Shown: positions 29,615 to 40,348, counted from the stretch's first letter. The stretch is 64,000 nucleotides of DNA from Gemmatales bacterium (GCA_041640595.1 JBEPZY010000001.1:576001-640000), one strand, 5' to 3'. The notes: generated by a model not told the origin, from the sequence alone. Numbers and translations are program-made.

Positions 29615-31540
29615 TCATTCACTTTTTCCGTTTTGCGGATTAATTTGCAGCACCAACACAACATCACTGGGGTCTTCGCATTGCCCGCGGAGCGCCCGTA
29701 ACGGTACCACATACTGGCCGGACTTTACATGGCCAGGAACAGCGACTGATAAATCGTGCCGGGTCGCTTTCGCGGAGCTGAACGTTATGCTTTCGCGTGT
29801 TGGCTCCTCTGACCATGGCCAGTAGCACTCCACGGTCAATGTTTCGGTTCTTGACGATGGATTCTCCACTTGCAGCTGGCAGCGGATTTGTTGACCCGCG
29901 TGGCAACTTATCACGAATGGGACTACGGCAACCCGATGCGGATTCCAGTCCCGCCTGTGGTCACCGCTGATGCATAAATCGTCGGCTGCCGCTATCGCCG
30001 CCTCAGCCCAGCGTACACGTCGGCGGAAGTCTTCGAGGTTAAACTCCATAGCGCTACCGTGCTCAGCTAAAATCCAATCCGGGGCTATGTTCAACACCAG
30101 CCGGGCACTTTCCAGGTACCCGCCGGGCAGTCCCCTGTTCAAACCCATCCATCCACCGCTTCCGCTGTACTGGTCATGGTGAAACCAATTGTCACCGGTA
30201 AACAGACACCGTTTCTGGTCAATGGTTACTTCTACTCCCATGGTGAAATAGGTTTGGCCCGGCAGATGGTGGAAACGAAAAGAATACTCTCGCCAATGCA
30301 GGGTGTCTCCCGGCTTGGGTGTGTGCGTGATTCGCAGTGGTCGAGCATCTAGAAACGGATGCCGTAACCGAAGCGGCTGCTGCAACGGCTCAGCTACCAC
30401 GTCCAGCGTCCAGACCTGACAGTGGCGGTATTCCGGCAACTCGTACAGCCCGTCGTAATGGTCGTAATGTGCGTGCGAAATCATTACTACTTCTACCGCC
30501 CCTAGCTTTTTCTCGCGCTGCAACTTGGCAATTTGCTCCGCACTTCGTTTACCCCAGGGATCCACAACCAGGATACCACCTTGCTTGGAGACTAAAACAT
30601 ACGTGTTTCCAGTGAGATATAAATGAGGCGATAGTTGCGACCAGGGTTTTTCTCCAGCAGTCGCTGACTGTTCCGGGGCTAAAAAACGATAAGAGGGCGG
30701 ATTACCTAGAACGTGCTTAGTGTAAAACTCGAAGCTTTTCAACCGGGCCGCTTTTTCAACTCGTTGCGCTGTTAGTTCCAAAGCCTCAACTGGGGCATCT
30801 AATATCGGTTGTCCACGGGCGGGCAGTAACGCTTTAGGTTTTTGCGATGCCAGCAGTCTCAAAGATTCTGCCAATTTCTTCAGACCTGCATCGGTCCAGT
30901 GATCCCAGTCTGTCGTGTAAGGCGTCCAAATTTTCCCAGGGCCGGCAAGGCAATCTCCACAAAAAGCAATGACAGAGTTTTCCTCTAGACGTCTGGCCAA
31001 ATAGCAAGTGTGGTCCGGGGTATGTCCGGGAGTTGCCAGCACTTGAATTTCCCAGTTGCGCCAAGGAATTTTCTGACCATTTTCCAAGCTAAGGTCTAAG
31101 CGTTCTACCCCTTTAGGCAATACCAGGTAAGCGGTGCGAGAAGTTCTTAGTGGAATAGCCTGCTTCCAATAATTTTCGACGCCCTCAGGAGTAAGCCAGG
31201 GTGCGGATGCCTTGGGGCCTCTAATATGGACGCCCTTCTTTATCAGGTTGTTCACTTGCCAGCAAGTGTCGCGATGATGATGCGTAAGCAGGACAAAGTC
31301 AATCTGCCTCACGCCGTGTTTCGTCAAGTCTTCTATATTTGCTCCCAAAGGCGCATCAATCAAGATCGCATGTCCCTGGTCAACAAGCATATAGCCTGCT
31401 GGTTCTCCCTGACAGCGATAAACAGCAGGCAACACTTCCCGCCAGCTGGTTGTTTCGCCACTACTTAGGAAAACAGAAGCCCAGTAGCTTGATAACAATG
31501 CACCCAGCGATGGCAATAAAAATAATAGTTTTCTCAGCAT
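29615..31540 (-). CDS. secreted tandem metallo-beta-lactamase-fold hydrolase
   Basis: THHHRD...TPGHTPDH...GD and SHAHYDH...PGQT...FTGD; beta-rich C-terminal domain. Confidence 0.85.
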   Translation of the reverse strand: MLRKLLFLLPSLGALLSSYWASVFLSSGETTSWREVLPAVYRCQGEPAGYMLVDQGHAILIDAPLGANIEDLTKHGVRQIDFVLLTHHHRDTCWQVNNLIKKGVHIRGPKASAPWLTPEGVENYWKQAIPLRTSRTAYLVLPKGVERLDLSLENGQKIPWRNWEIQVLATPGHTPDHTCYLARRLEENSVIAFCGDCLAGPGKIWTPYTTDWDHWTDAGLKKLAESLRLLASQKPKALLPARGQPILDAPVEALELTAQRVEKAARLKSFEFYTKHVLGNPPSYRFLAPEQSATAGEKPWSQLSPHLYLTGNTYVLVSKQGGILVVDPWGKRSAEQIAKLQREKKLGAVEVVMISHAHYDHYDGLYELPEYRHCQVWTLDVVAEPLQQPLRLRHPFLDARPLRITHTPKPGDTLHWREYSFRFHHLPGQTYFTMGVEVTIDQKRCLFTGDNWFHHDQYSGSGGWMGLNRGLPGGYLESARLVLNIAPDWILAEHGSAMEFNLEDFRRRVRWAEAAIAAADDLCISGDHRRDWNPHRVAVVPFVISCHAGQQIRCQLQVENPSSRTETLTVECYWPWSEEPTRESITFSSAKATRHDLSVAVPGHVKSGQYVVPLRALRGQCEDPSDVVLVLQINPQNGKSE

Positions 31541-31639
31541 GATGGTCTCCGCAGTAAGTGTAATTTAACGCCGGTCGCTAAATAGCCTGGTTCTTACTGG
31601 GAATAATTTTCAATACAAGTGGTAATCGGACAAATAGCC

Positions 31640-32491
31640 TTATTCGCCTACCACATCAGCAAATTCAATTTTCGGCCTCTTAGGGAGCAGGTTCTTCTCG
31701 TAAGCCTCACGCAGTAAATGTTGCACCGCCATACGCTCTTTGGGACCAGCGACCAGTGTATGGTCGTTGACATACATCTTGACAAATCGGCGGGTATCCT
31801 CTCGGTTCAGGCCCCGAGCAAACTGCAGTGCGTAGTCTAGAGCTTCATCCTCATGACTGAGAGCGTAGCGAATACTTTGCTCGAGAAGCCGGCAAACGAT
31901 CGCAATTGTGTCGCGTCCTAAATCCCGCCGAATTACGTTCGCACCAAGTGGCAGCGGTAAACCGGTGTGTTCTTGCCACCACTTTCCCAGGTCAACCACC
32001 AGATTTAAACGGAGCCGGGAATAAGTAAGCTGACCTTCGTGTATAACTAAACCCGCGTCGGCTTCACCAGCGAGAACCGCGTCGAGAATGCGGTCGAACG
32101 GCACGACCTTATAGGAAACCGGGCCGCCGCAATATAACTGCAAAGCTAAAAACGCCGTCGTGAGGGTCCCCGGCACCGCGATCGTTGTCTGTTGCAATTG
32201 TGTATGAGGAACAGGTTGCCGGCTGACTACGATGGGACCGTAGTTTTCCCCCATACTGAAACCACTGGGCATTAGAAGATAGCGATCGGATATATAAGCG
32301 TAAGCGTGTACACTAACCGCGGAGACCTCGAGTTCGCCGCGCATACAACGATGATTTAACGTTTCGATATCTTGCAATTCGTGCTCAATTTCCAGATGAC
32401 CCGTATCAAGTTTTCCCTGGGTGAGAGCATAGAACATGAACGCATCATCAGCATCGGGGCTATGTCCGATTCGAATCCGCACAGGCTCCAC
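31640..32491 (-). CDS. mqnD: 1,4-dihydroxy-6-naphthoate synthase (futalosine pathway)
   Basis: GHSPDADDAFMF, DIETLN, YGP, PGTLTTA, IHEGQLTY, LPLPLG, YVN; GTG start with GGAGG SD. Confidence 0.9.
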   Translation of the reverse strand: MEPVRIRIGHSPDADDAFMFYALTQGKLDTGHLEIEHELQDIETLNHRCMRGELEVSAVSVHAYAYISDRYLLMPSGFSMGENYGPIVVSRQPVPHTQLQQTTIAVPGTLTTAFLALQLYCGGPVSYKVVPFDRILDAVLAGEADAGLVIHEGQLTYSRLRLNLVVDLGKWWQEHTGLPLPLGANVIRRDLGRDTIAIVCRLLEQSIRYALSHEDEALDYALQFARGLNREDTRRFVKMYVNDHTLVAGPKERMAVQHLLREAYEKNLLPKRPKIEFADVVGE

Positions 32492-33041
32492 TGGTGCCTC
32501 CTTGTCGTCGTTTTCGCCAGTCGCGCAATTGTTCAAGATAGATCGCACGAATTTCTAGCAAATCGTCATCGTATCGGCCATCTTGAAAGTCCAGAAAGCT
32601 CCATTCAAACATCCGATATTTACCGTCACGGAAACGGGCGATCATATCGGCCCAGATGCCAACAGACAGGTAAATTTTTTGACCGGCTCGTTTGCAGGAA
32701 CCCAGAACGACTTTGTTATCGTCAAGATAACCGATGTCCACGTTAATGCGCCGATGGTCGTTTTCCGCTAAGCAGAGCTCCACGGCGTTGGTAAGGAGTT
32801 TGCGCTCAACAAGCATGTCCGGCAAGTCCAGCGGTGCGAAACTAACTAGCCGGCGATACAGATGGGTGCCCATTTCCTGAGCGTAGTAATCTGTAACATC
32901 GAAAGGATGATCGGCACCGTTGTAGTCAATTTTGCCCAAGCGGTTCTCCAAGAGATGCAGGGCCTGGTGCAAAACTTTCGCGTCGTTCCATAAAATGGCG
33001 GCGAAATACTTCACCGGTTCAGGAAGCTGCGGTTTAGCCAT
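32460..33041 (-). CDS. DUF4416 family protein
   Basis: FDVTDYY..EMG..L.RRLVSF, K..TN..E, RRINVDIGYL, IYL..GIWAD. Confidence 0.8.
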   Translation of the reverse strand: MAKPQLPEPVKYFAAILWNDAKVLHQALHLLENRLGKIDYNGADHPFDVTDYYAQEMGTHLYRRLVSFAPLDLPDMLVERKLLTNAVELCLAENDHRRINVDIGYLDDNKVVLGSCKRAGQKIYLSVGIWADMIARFRDGKYRMFEWSFLDFQDGRYDDDLLEIRAIYLEQLRDWRKRRQGGTSGACADSNRT

Positions 33042-33846
33042 GACGTTCTCCACGCCGTTTCCAGACCGCCAGAGCCCGATATACCACTTCAGGAGCGATT
33101 CCGAAGAGGCGGTGAATATGCTCCGCCAGCGATACCGGCGATAACTCCTGTCGCTCTACCCGGTAGAGCGTGCGCCTTTGCAGACGGTTACCCTTCAAGT
33201 AAATGTGCTCGCCGTTACAAACCCTGGTCAGCAGTGGATAGCGCATCATGTCCCAGTCGAATGATACGTCCCAAATGCGCACAAACTCGCTCCAATCCAC
33301 GGGGCTAGTTTTGAAGGTGATGCGATGTTGCTCCTGCCCTTGCGGGCTTGCTACGTAAAGGTCCACGTATCGCCCGTCCTGACGCGGACACAATCGCACC
33401 TTGTGGAAACTCGTGGGCAATAGAACTGGCTGGTCTCGGGGCAGAGGAATCGGGTCGGTGAGCAAAAAGCCGGGATCCAGAAGATGCGGTTGACCATCTC
33501 GCCAGAGTAACAACGCGCAGTGGGTATTCGGCCCATAGGGGCGATCGGCAAGAATCGGCTCCGCTTGCCAGCCAAGTTCGCGTAGCAGGTGCATAAGCGT
33601 AGCGGTCAGCGAAAAGCAGGTGCCACCGGTTCCCAGTCGAATGTGATCCGTGATTACTTCCTGTGGGTAACGGCGAGCTTCGGGAACACGGCCCCGCTCT
33701 GCCTCACAAACGACCTTGCTCAAATTTTCATACGGCAAATTGGTAAACGCGCGCACCACCTGCCGAAGCAAGGCATCCCGGTCTTGCTGCAGGTCCAGTC
33801 GAAAGTGTCGTGCGAATAATTGTAATGCCGGATCAGCCGGGTGCAT
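33034..33846 (-). CDS. arylamine N-acetyltransferase family protein
   Basis: PYENLSK, GGTCF (Cys), THCALL (His), LDPGF (Asp). Confidence 0.85.
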   Translation of the reverse strand: MHPADPALQLFARHFRLDLQQDRDALLRQVVRAFTNLPYENLSKVVCEAERGRVPEARRYPQEVITDHIRLGTGGTCFSLTATLMHLLRELGWQAEPILADRPYGPNTHCALLLWRDGQPHLLDPGFLLTDPIPLPRDQPVLLPTSFHKVRLCPRQDGRYVDLYVASPQGQEQHRITFKTSPVDWSEFVRIWDVSFDWDMMRYPLLTRVCNGEHIYLKGNRLQRRTLYRVERQELSPVSLAEHIHRLFGIAPEVVYRALAVWKRRGERHG

Positions 33847-34090
33847 GGCGTCGCTCGCGATAGAATTTTCTATACACTTTATCATATACGGGAATTAGTG
33901 TGGCATCCGAATGGCGGCCCGGACGACAAAAGGGCCACGATTGGCAGATCGAAATTTGCCATTCGCAACAGGCTCAATTGCGGGCCTGTTAATAAGCAAC
34001 GACGTGATTTGTCGGAACCACCGCAAGAGCTTAGCGAAAAACAAGAGCGATAGCGAAGAGCAGAAGCAACGGAGCATCGGTTGGTAGCTT

Positions 34091-36556
34091 ATGACTGAAA
34101 CAGTGCGGTATTACTGGTGGGAATATGCAGCAAAAGGCGGATTAGTCGGTTTGCTGGCGGCAATCGCACTTGCCCCTGCGAACCCGATTGTTGCAGTTAC
34201 GCTGTACGGTTCTATCGTCGCTGGCTTTGTAGTCGCGATGACGATCGCCGGCTGGCACGCCCTGCGTCGTTCAAACCAGGGCATACGGGGCCGTTTCTGG
34301 CCATTTCTGTGTTACCTGATCCTGGAACGTCCGGGAGCGGTTTACGCCGGTGTTCTTGTGGGCTTACTGGCCGGCCTGACACTTTGCCTTTTCCTTGGCT
34401 GGTTACATAATTGGCACTGGCTTGCGTTAGCAGGTGTGCTTGGAGCTGCCGCAGGAGTGTTGTTTTCCCTATTTTTGGGTCTGCACAATCGCTGGTTACG
34501 CACGAGTACGGTTTTGATTAGTGCTGCTGTTGCTGCAGCCGGATTTATTACGGTCATCACGTGGTATCCGGAATGGCTTCCCATTCCGTCCCCGGCTTGG
34601 TTTGCCATGCATTTATTAGTCGCAGGTTTACTGGTACACATACTAAGCGTGGCTAGCCATTCTGAGGAGAGTGAGTTGGAATGCGGGCTAACCACTATTT
34701 TGATAGCCGTTTCGCTCTGGGTTCTCCTCCCGGAACGCTGGCGCTGGACTGGGTTGCTTCTCTCGATTTTGTGGTATGTACTGTACACCAGTCGGATTCT
34801 GTCACATGTACAAGTGCTGAAATATGTGCTTCGCGGGTGGAACTATAGCCAGTTGCGGCGTTATCGAGATGCATTACTTGCATTTCGACGAGCATTGGAA
34901 ATCGATCCCGACAATGGTTTTGCTCGGGAAGGTTTATGGCGAGTGCATCGGGAGCTTACTTCTGATCTGCTCGCTCAAAATGCCGAGTTACGAAGTTTAG
35001 TGCACCTGGATTTGTGTTTGCAGCGAGTAGCTGAGTTGCTCTTGCAGGGTCGCCCGACGGCAGAGGCTCTGGATGAGGCGAACAAATTGCTGCAGTTGGT
35101 GCTTGACCAGGACCCTAAACGTCGCTGGGAGGTGCTCTACTGGCGGGCTGTCGCTAACACTTATGCTGGATCGTACGATAGGGCCGCGGATGACCTGCGT
35201 GAGTTACTGGAGTCTTCGGCAGAAGACGACGCCTCTGTTTCTCGGGACGCGATTATTGTGCGTGCCTGGCACCTGGCTTTGCTTGCTCACCCGGAATTGA
35301 CCCGGCGCGTCGGCGAGCCATGCCTAGAAAAGCCAGGCAAGCGAATCCAGGCTATTGCTGAGGTTACCTCCGCGCTACGAAATCAGCCCGCCGACGAGCT
35401 TGCTTCCGAGGTCAAAAAACACCTTTACGCAGGCCTGAGTTTAGAAGAATTTGAAGTCGGTCGCAGGAACTATCCCGACCTTATCACAACGTTGGATTTC
35501 AACTACATATACAGCTTAGGTCACGAACTTTTTCAAACGGCTGAACAATGGCAACGAGGAGCGGAGTTCTTACACATGGCGGCTATTGGTATGCCGGACA
35601 AAGCACCTGCTATCTATCTCCAGTTGGGCCAGACTTATCAACAGCGTGGAGATGAGGCAAGGGCTTGTTATTATTTCGAGCAGGCCAAACTTGCAGCCCG
35701 AGAGATAGGATTAGAACAATTGCCGGCTGAGCAAAAGCAGGCGTATTTTCAAGCAGTGCAGACATTGGCACAGATCGCCTATCAACGCCAGGACATCGAT
35801 CGGGCAATTGAAAATTTCACACTGTTTGTGGAATCGCCACAGGCTGGCACCGATACCTTGCGTGTCATCACGGAGCTATACGAACGCAAAGGCGACGCGC
35901 TGTCAGCCTTAATCTGGAATGAAAAAGCCCTCAGCTTAGATGCTGGAAACGAGAATTTGTTAGAGCGTAAGCACAGGTACTACTATTCGGTTACACCGGA
36001 GCAGCTACTGAGTGAGCGTGAACGAGTGGAAAAGTATTTCGACGTTGAGTATTGTTTGCGCCAGGCCCGGTCGCTAGTGGAACTGCGCAATGCTGGGGAG
36101 CCTCAATTAGAGTGGGCACTGCACCTGGTGCGTTTGGTTCTAGCGCTGCAGCCGGACAATATCCGAGCTTTAGTATTGGCGGGTCGAATTTATCATCGAA
36201 TCGGCAACGAAGAAGAAGCAGCCCATTATTTTGAGCGTGCGCGAGCAGCTAAGCAAGAAAGCTTCGCCAGCCGGGAAGAAGAGGAAGCCTGGTACTATGC
36301 GACGGTGCGCTTAGGAGATTACTATTTATACACAGCGCGTAAGCCGGACTTGGCACTGATCTGTTACAATGATTATCGCCGTTCGCCGAAAAGCGGTGCG
36401 GATACGCTTTTCAAGATGGGGCAATGCTATGAACAACTGGGTGACGTGCTTCGGGCTGCTAAGTGTTATCAGGCCGTTACCGCTTACGATCATCCGTTAG
36501 CCGGTGAGGCCTATGCAGCATTAGCACGCTTAGAAACCAGCAACCCATCAACGTAA
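34091..36556 (+). CDS. polytopic membrane protein with long TPR domain
   Basis: Several N-terminal hydrophobic helices; TPR-like repeats (AFRRALEIDPDN; LFKMGQCYEQLGD...AAKCY). Confidence 0.85.
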   Translation: MTETVRYYWWEYAAKGGLVGLLAAIALAPANPIVAVTLYGSIVAGFVVAMTIAGWHALRRSNQGIRGRFWPFLCYLILERPGAVYAGVLVGLLAGLTLCLFLGWLHNWHWLALAGVLGAAAGVLFSLFLGLHNRWLRTSTVLISAAVAAAGFITVITWYPEWLPIPSPAWFAMHLLVAGLLVHILSVASHSEESELECGLTTILIAVSLWVLLPERWRWTGLLLSILWYVLYTSRILSHVQVLKYVLRGWNYSQLRRYRDALLAFRRALEIDPDNGFAREGLWRVHRELTSDLLAQNAELRSLVHLDLCLQRVAELLLQGRPTAEALDEANKLLQLVLDQDPKRRWEVLYWRAVANTYAGSYDRAADDLRELLESSAEDDASVSRDAIIVRAWHLALLAHPELTRRVGEPCLEKPGKRIQAIAEVTSALRNQPADELASEVKKHLYAGLSLEEFEVGRRNYPDLITTLDFNYIYSLGHELFQTAEQWQRGAEFLHMAAIGMPDKAPAIYLQLGQTYQQRGDEARACYYFEQAKLAAREIGLEQLPAEQKQAYFQAVQTLAQIAYQRQDIDRAIENFTLFVESPQAGTDTLRVITELYERKGDALSALIWNEKALSLDAGNENLLERKHRYYYSVTPEQLLSERERVEKYFDVEYCLRQARSLVELRNAGEPQLEWALHLVRLVLALQPDNIRALVLAGRIYHRIGNEEEAAHYFERARAAKQESFASREEEEAWYYATVRLGDYYLYTARKPDLALICYNDYRRSPKSGADTLFKMGQCYEQLGDVLRAAKCYQAVTAYDHPLAGEAYAALARLETSNPST

Positions 36557-38698
36557 GTTGGCAGGTCGCATATCTAGCACTTTCACCAGGAACGCCCATT
36601 GGTCGGCTATCTCTTCAATGAGCTTAGACGTTGGTTTCCCCGCGCCGTGACCCGCACGAGTTTCTATGCGTATTAGAACCGGCGCATCACCCGCTTGCAT
36701 GGCCTGTAAGGCAGCAGCGAACTTGAAACTGTGGGCAGGGACAACGCGATCATCTGTGTCCGCTGTAGTGATCAGGGTCGCTGGATATGCCCGCTTGCCT
36801 TGCCGCAGCAACACGTGATAAGGTGAGTAAGCGTATAGGGCCTTGAATTCTTCGGGATTGTCCGGTGAACCATAATCATCTACCCAATAGCGACCAGCGG
36901 TAAACTTATGGAATCGGAGCATGTCCATCACACCTACGGCAGGCAGACAGGCGCCAAACAGGTCCGGTCTTTGGGTCATACAGGCGCCAACTAACAAGCC
37001 GCCATTCGAGCCGCCTTGAATGGCCAGTTTCGCCGGGCGCGTGTATTTATTAGCGATAAGCCACTCTGCCGCGGCGATGAAGTCGTCAAAAACGTTCTGC
37101 TTGTTCAGCTTTGTACCGGCCTGATGCCACTTTTCGCCGTATTCCCCACCGCCACGCAAGTTGGGCATAGCGAACACTCCGCCCATCTCCATCCATAATA
37201 AGCGGCTGATAGAGAAGCTGGGCGTCAACGAAATATTGAATCCACCATATCCGTATAAGAGCGTTGGATTATTGCCGTCGAGTTGGATACCTTTTTTGTG
37301 AGCAATAAACATAGGTATGCGGGTACCATCCTTGCTATGATAGAACACCTGCTTTACCTCATAATCCTGGGGCCCGAAATCAACCCGCGCTTGTCTAAAC
37401 ACTGTGCTCTTGCCGGTAATTAGATCGTAGTGGAAAATGGTAGGCGGCGTCGCGAAGCTGGAAAAGGTATAGAAAGTTTCTGTATCACACCGTTTGCCGG
37501 TAAACCCGGTAACGGAGCCTATACCTGGGAGTTCGACATCCCGCACGTGCCGACCGTTAATATCGTAAATGCGAACCAGGCTTTTGGCATCCTGCAAGTA
37601 AGTCACGACGAACAGATTGCCGACAAGGGAAGCCGAGGTCATCGTGTGTTCCGTTTGCGGCACGATTTCCCGGTAGTTTTGCGGCTGGGGCTTGCGCAGG
37701 TCAATTGCGATAATTCGTCCTCGAGGAGCGTGCAAATCGGTTTTGAAATAAAAGACCGGCCCGTCGTTACCTAGGAAAGTGTATTCATTTTCGAATTGGT
37801 CTATGAGTGGAACGGGCAGACCATAAGGTTCCGTTAGGTCCTTATAGTAAATGCGATATTTGTCGTCTGTGCCCTTATAAATCGTAAGCACTAAATATCG
37901 CCCATCTTCTGTAACTTCGGGAATAAACCCCCATTCGGGCTGGTCGGGACGAACATAAACAAGGATGTCTTCACTCTGTGGTGTGCCCAGCCGATGGTAG
38001 TAAACCTTTTGGTTCAGATTGAGACTTTGAAATTCCTGACCCGGTTTCGGCTCGTCAAAACGACTATAGAAAAATCCGCGATTATCAGCCGTCCAGGCGA
38101 TGTGCGTGAATTTAGTCCACCTGATTGTATCCTCCAAGTTTCGTCCGGTATCTATATCGAGAATTTTCCAGGTGCGCCAGTCGGAGCCGGCCTCTTGCAC
38201 TCCATAAGCGAGATATCGGCCATTGGGACTGATTTCGATATCCGCTAAAGCAACGGTGCCGTCCTTGGACCACGTATTCGGGTCTAATAGCATACGTGGC
38301 GAGCCGTCGAGTTTTTCAAGCATGTAAAGAACATACTGATTTTGAAGGCCGTCATTGCGTTGATAGAAGTAACGCCCAGCAACCTTGAATGGCGTCGTGT
38401 ACTTTTCAAAATTCCACAGCCGGGTCAGGCGTTCGCGGATAGCTTTCCGTTCCGGGATGCTTTCCAGGAAGGCGAAAGTTACTTTATTTTGAGCTTCAAC
38501 CCACGCAGCGACCTCTGGAGATTTCCTGACATCCTCTTCCAGCCAGCGGTAGGGATCGGGCACCTTGATGCCGTGATAGGTGTCATAATGTTCCACCTGT
38601 TTCGTCTCCGGGTAGCGGATTTTAGGCTGAGCAGCCAGAGCCGCGGTCATCGTACAGGCCAGCATTGCCGCAAGTGTCCGCCGTAATTTGGGACTCAT
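36548..38698 (-). CDS. prolyl oligopeptidase (S9A), secreted
   Basis: DPYRWLE, YGYGGF, RGGGEYG, GGSNGGLL, DDRVVP.HS.KF, AGHGAGK. Confidence 0.97.
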   Translation of the reverse strand: MSPKLRRTLAAMLACTMTAALAAQPKIRYPETKQVEHYDTYHGIKVPDPYRWLEEDVRKSPEVAAWVEAQNKVTFAFLESIPERKAIRERLTRLWNFEKYTTPFKVAGRYFYQRNDGLQNQYVLYMLEKLDGSPRMLLDPNTWSKDGTVALADIEISPNGRYLAYGVQEAGSDWRTWKILDIDTGRNLEDTIRWTKFTHIAWTADNRGFFYSRFDEPKPGQEFQSLNLNQKVYYHRLGTPQSEDILVYVRPDQPEWGFIPEVTEDGRYLVLTIYKGTDDKYRIYYKDLTEPYGLPVPLIDQFENEYTFLGNDGPVFYFKTDLHAPRGRIIAIDLRKPQPQNYREIVPQTEHTMTSASLVGNLFVVTYLQDAKSLVRIYDINGRHVRDVELPGIGSVTGFTGKRCDTETFYTFSSFATPPTIFHYDLITGKSTVFRQARVDFGPQDYEVKQVFYHSKDGTRIPMFIAHKKGIQLDGNNPTLLYGYGGFNISLTPSFSISRLLWMEMGGVFAMPNLRGGGEYGEKWHQAGTKLNKQNVFDDFIAAAEWLIANKYTRPAKLAIQGGSNGGLLVGACMTQRPDLFGACLPAVGVMDMLRFHKFTAGRYWVDDYGSPDNPEEFKALYAYSPYHVLLRQGKRAYPATLITTADTDDRVVPAHSFKFAAALQAMQAGDAPVLIRIETRAGHGAGKPTSKLIEEIADQWAFLVKVLDMRPANLR

Positions 38699-38961
38699 AG
38701 CATTGCTCCGTGTAAGCAATCCAGCTAAGTCGCGCCATAATATATTGTAGGAATAAAAGCGATCTATGCTTCGGCCACTCGGAGGAAGCTTTCGTTTGGA
38801 GCGCACCGTCAGGAATCTGTTAAGCAAAATCGGCGAGCCAATGGGGCGACGTAAACGAGTTATGGAGTGCATGCCAAGCTAAGTGGCTACACGGCTGTTG
38901 AATCGCATACTGACGTCCGCAGGGCAGAGCAGGGCGGCGAACTATTACCCAAAGACTGTGG

Positions 38962-40248
38962 CTAGATAACGGTGTTATCGGGAATGGCGACCCCTTTGGG
39001 AATGACAATGATGCCGTCGCGGATGACGTAGTTAGGCCCCTCCAAGTCTTGTAAACCGGCCTCGTTGACAATGCGCACATTACGACCAATGCGGCAGTCC
39101 TTGTCAATGATGGCGCGTTCGATCACGCTGTTCTCGCCGATACCGATATCCGGAATGCCCAGCTGGCGATTGCGCTGTTTTTCTTCCTGGGTTTCATAGC
39201 GATCCGCACCGATGACAATGGTATCGCGCAGATAGACATTGCGTCCGAGTTGCGTCCGTACTCCAATGACGCTGCGAACAAGTTTCGCCCCTTCCTGAAC
39301 AAGGCAGCCATCACTGATCAGGCAGTTTTCGACACTTGCCCCCAGCACGCGGGAAGCCGGGAGAAAACGCATCCGTGTGTAAATCACGCCCTCAGGACTG
39401 TGGAATTCGAACGGAGGTTCGGGGCCGCACAGTGCGAGCGTTGCCTGATGATACGCTTTGATGGTGCCTAAATCCTCCCAGTAACCGTCAAAGAGAAACG
39501 CCTGGACACGGTATTTGCGATAACTGTTAGGAAACACGTCTTTACCGAAGTCCGTGTAGGGCGGCCGCACCTGAAGGACTTCGAAAAGCACCTCGCGGCG
39601 AAACAGATAGATGCCCATGCTCGCTAGGAAGTGTCGCCCTTGTGGTCTGATCCCCAGCCGTTCCATCCAGGCGGGATCTGTACGCAAGCGGTCAAGCTGC
39701 TCAGGTCGGGAAGGCTTTTCAACGAAATCAATGACTCGCCCTTCAGCATCGAGTCGGAGAATGCCGAACTGGCGAGCGTTTTCCTCGCGGGTCGGAATCA
39801 CTGACACGGTAATGTCAGCCGCCGTACGACGATGCAGTTCGAGCATCCGGCGAAAGTCCATGCGGTAAAGCTGGTCGCCCGCCAGGATGAGAACATCGCG
39901 AATGTGATCATCCTGCAAGTAACGGAGGTTTTGACGAACTGCGTCAGCGGTGCCCTGGTACCAGTCGGCCGACTCAATGGTCTGCTGGGCGGCGAGGATC
40001 TCGACAAACCCACCGTGAAAGGGGTCCATCTTATAGGTGTTGGAAATGTGCCGATGCAGACTCACGCTCAAAAACTGCGTGAGCACATAAATCTGGTTCA
40101 AGCCGCTGTTGATGCAGTTGCTGATGGGAATGTCGATGAGACGATATTTTCCAGCCAGCGGAACTGCCGGTTTGCTCCGATGTTTGGTAAGCGGATAGAG
40201 CCGGGTTCCACGACCGCCTCCTAAAATCATGCAGACGACATCACGCAT
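38962..40248 (-). CDS. glgC: glucose-1-phosphate adenylyltransferase
   Basis: ILGGGRGTRLYPLT..RSKPAVP, WYQGTADAVR, ASMGIY, DFGKD, YWEDLGT. Confidence 0.98.
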   Translation of the reverse strand: MRDVVCMILGGGRGTRLYPLTKHRSKPAVPLAGKYRLIDIPISNCINSGLNQIYVLTQFLSVSLHRHISNTYKMDPFHGGFVEILAAQQTIESADWYQGTADAVRQNLRYLQDDHIRDVLILAGDQLYRMDFRRMLELHRRTAADITVSVIPTREENARQFGILRLDAEGRVIDFVEKPSRPEQLDRLRTDPAWMERLGIRPQGRHFLASMGIYLFRREVLFEVLQVRPPYTDFGKDVFPNSYRKYRVQAFLFDGYWEDLGTIKAYHQATLALCGPEPPFEFHSPEGVIYTRMRFLPASRVLGASVENCLISDGCLVQEGAKLVRSVIGVRTQLGRNVYLRDTIVIGADRYETQEEKQRNRQLGIPDIGIGENSVIERAIIDKDCRIGRNVRIVNEAGLQDLEGPNYVIRDGIIVIPKGVAIPDNTVI

Positions 40249-40348
40249 GGTTTACCTTGAAGATTTACGAGCCGGTGTTGAAAATACGTTCGCCGTGGCA
40301 ATTCGTAAAAAATTGTAGGAAACCGCGAAGCGAGCAACAGCGCTCAAA

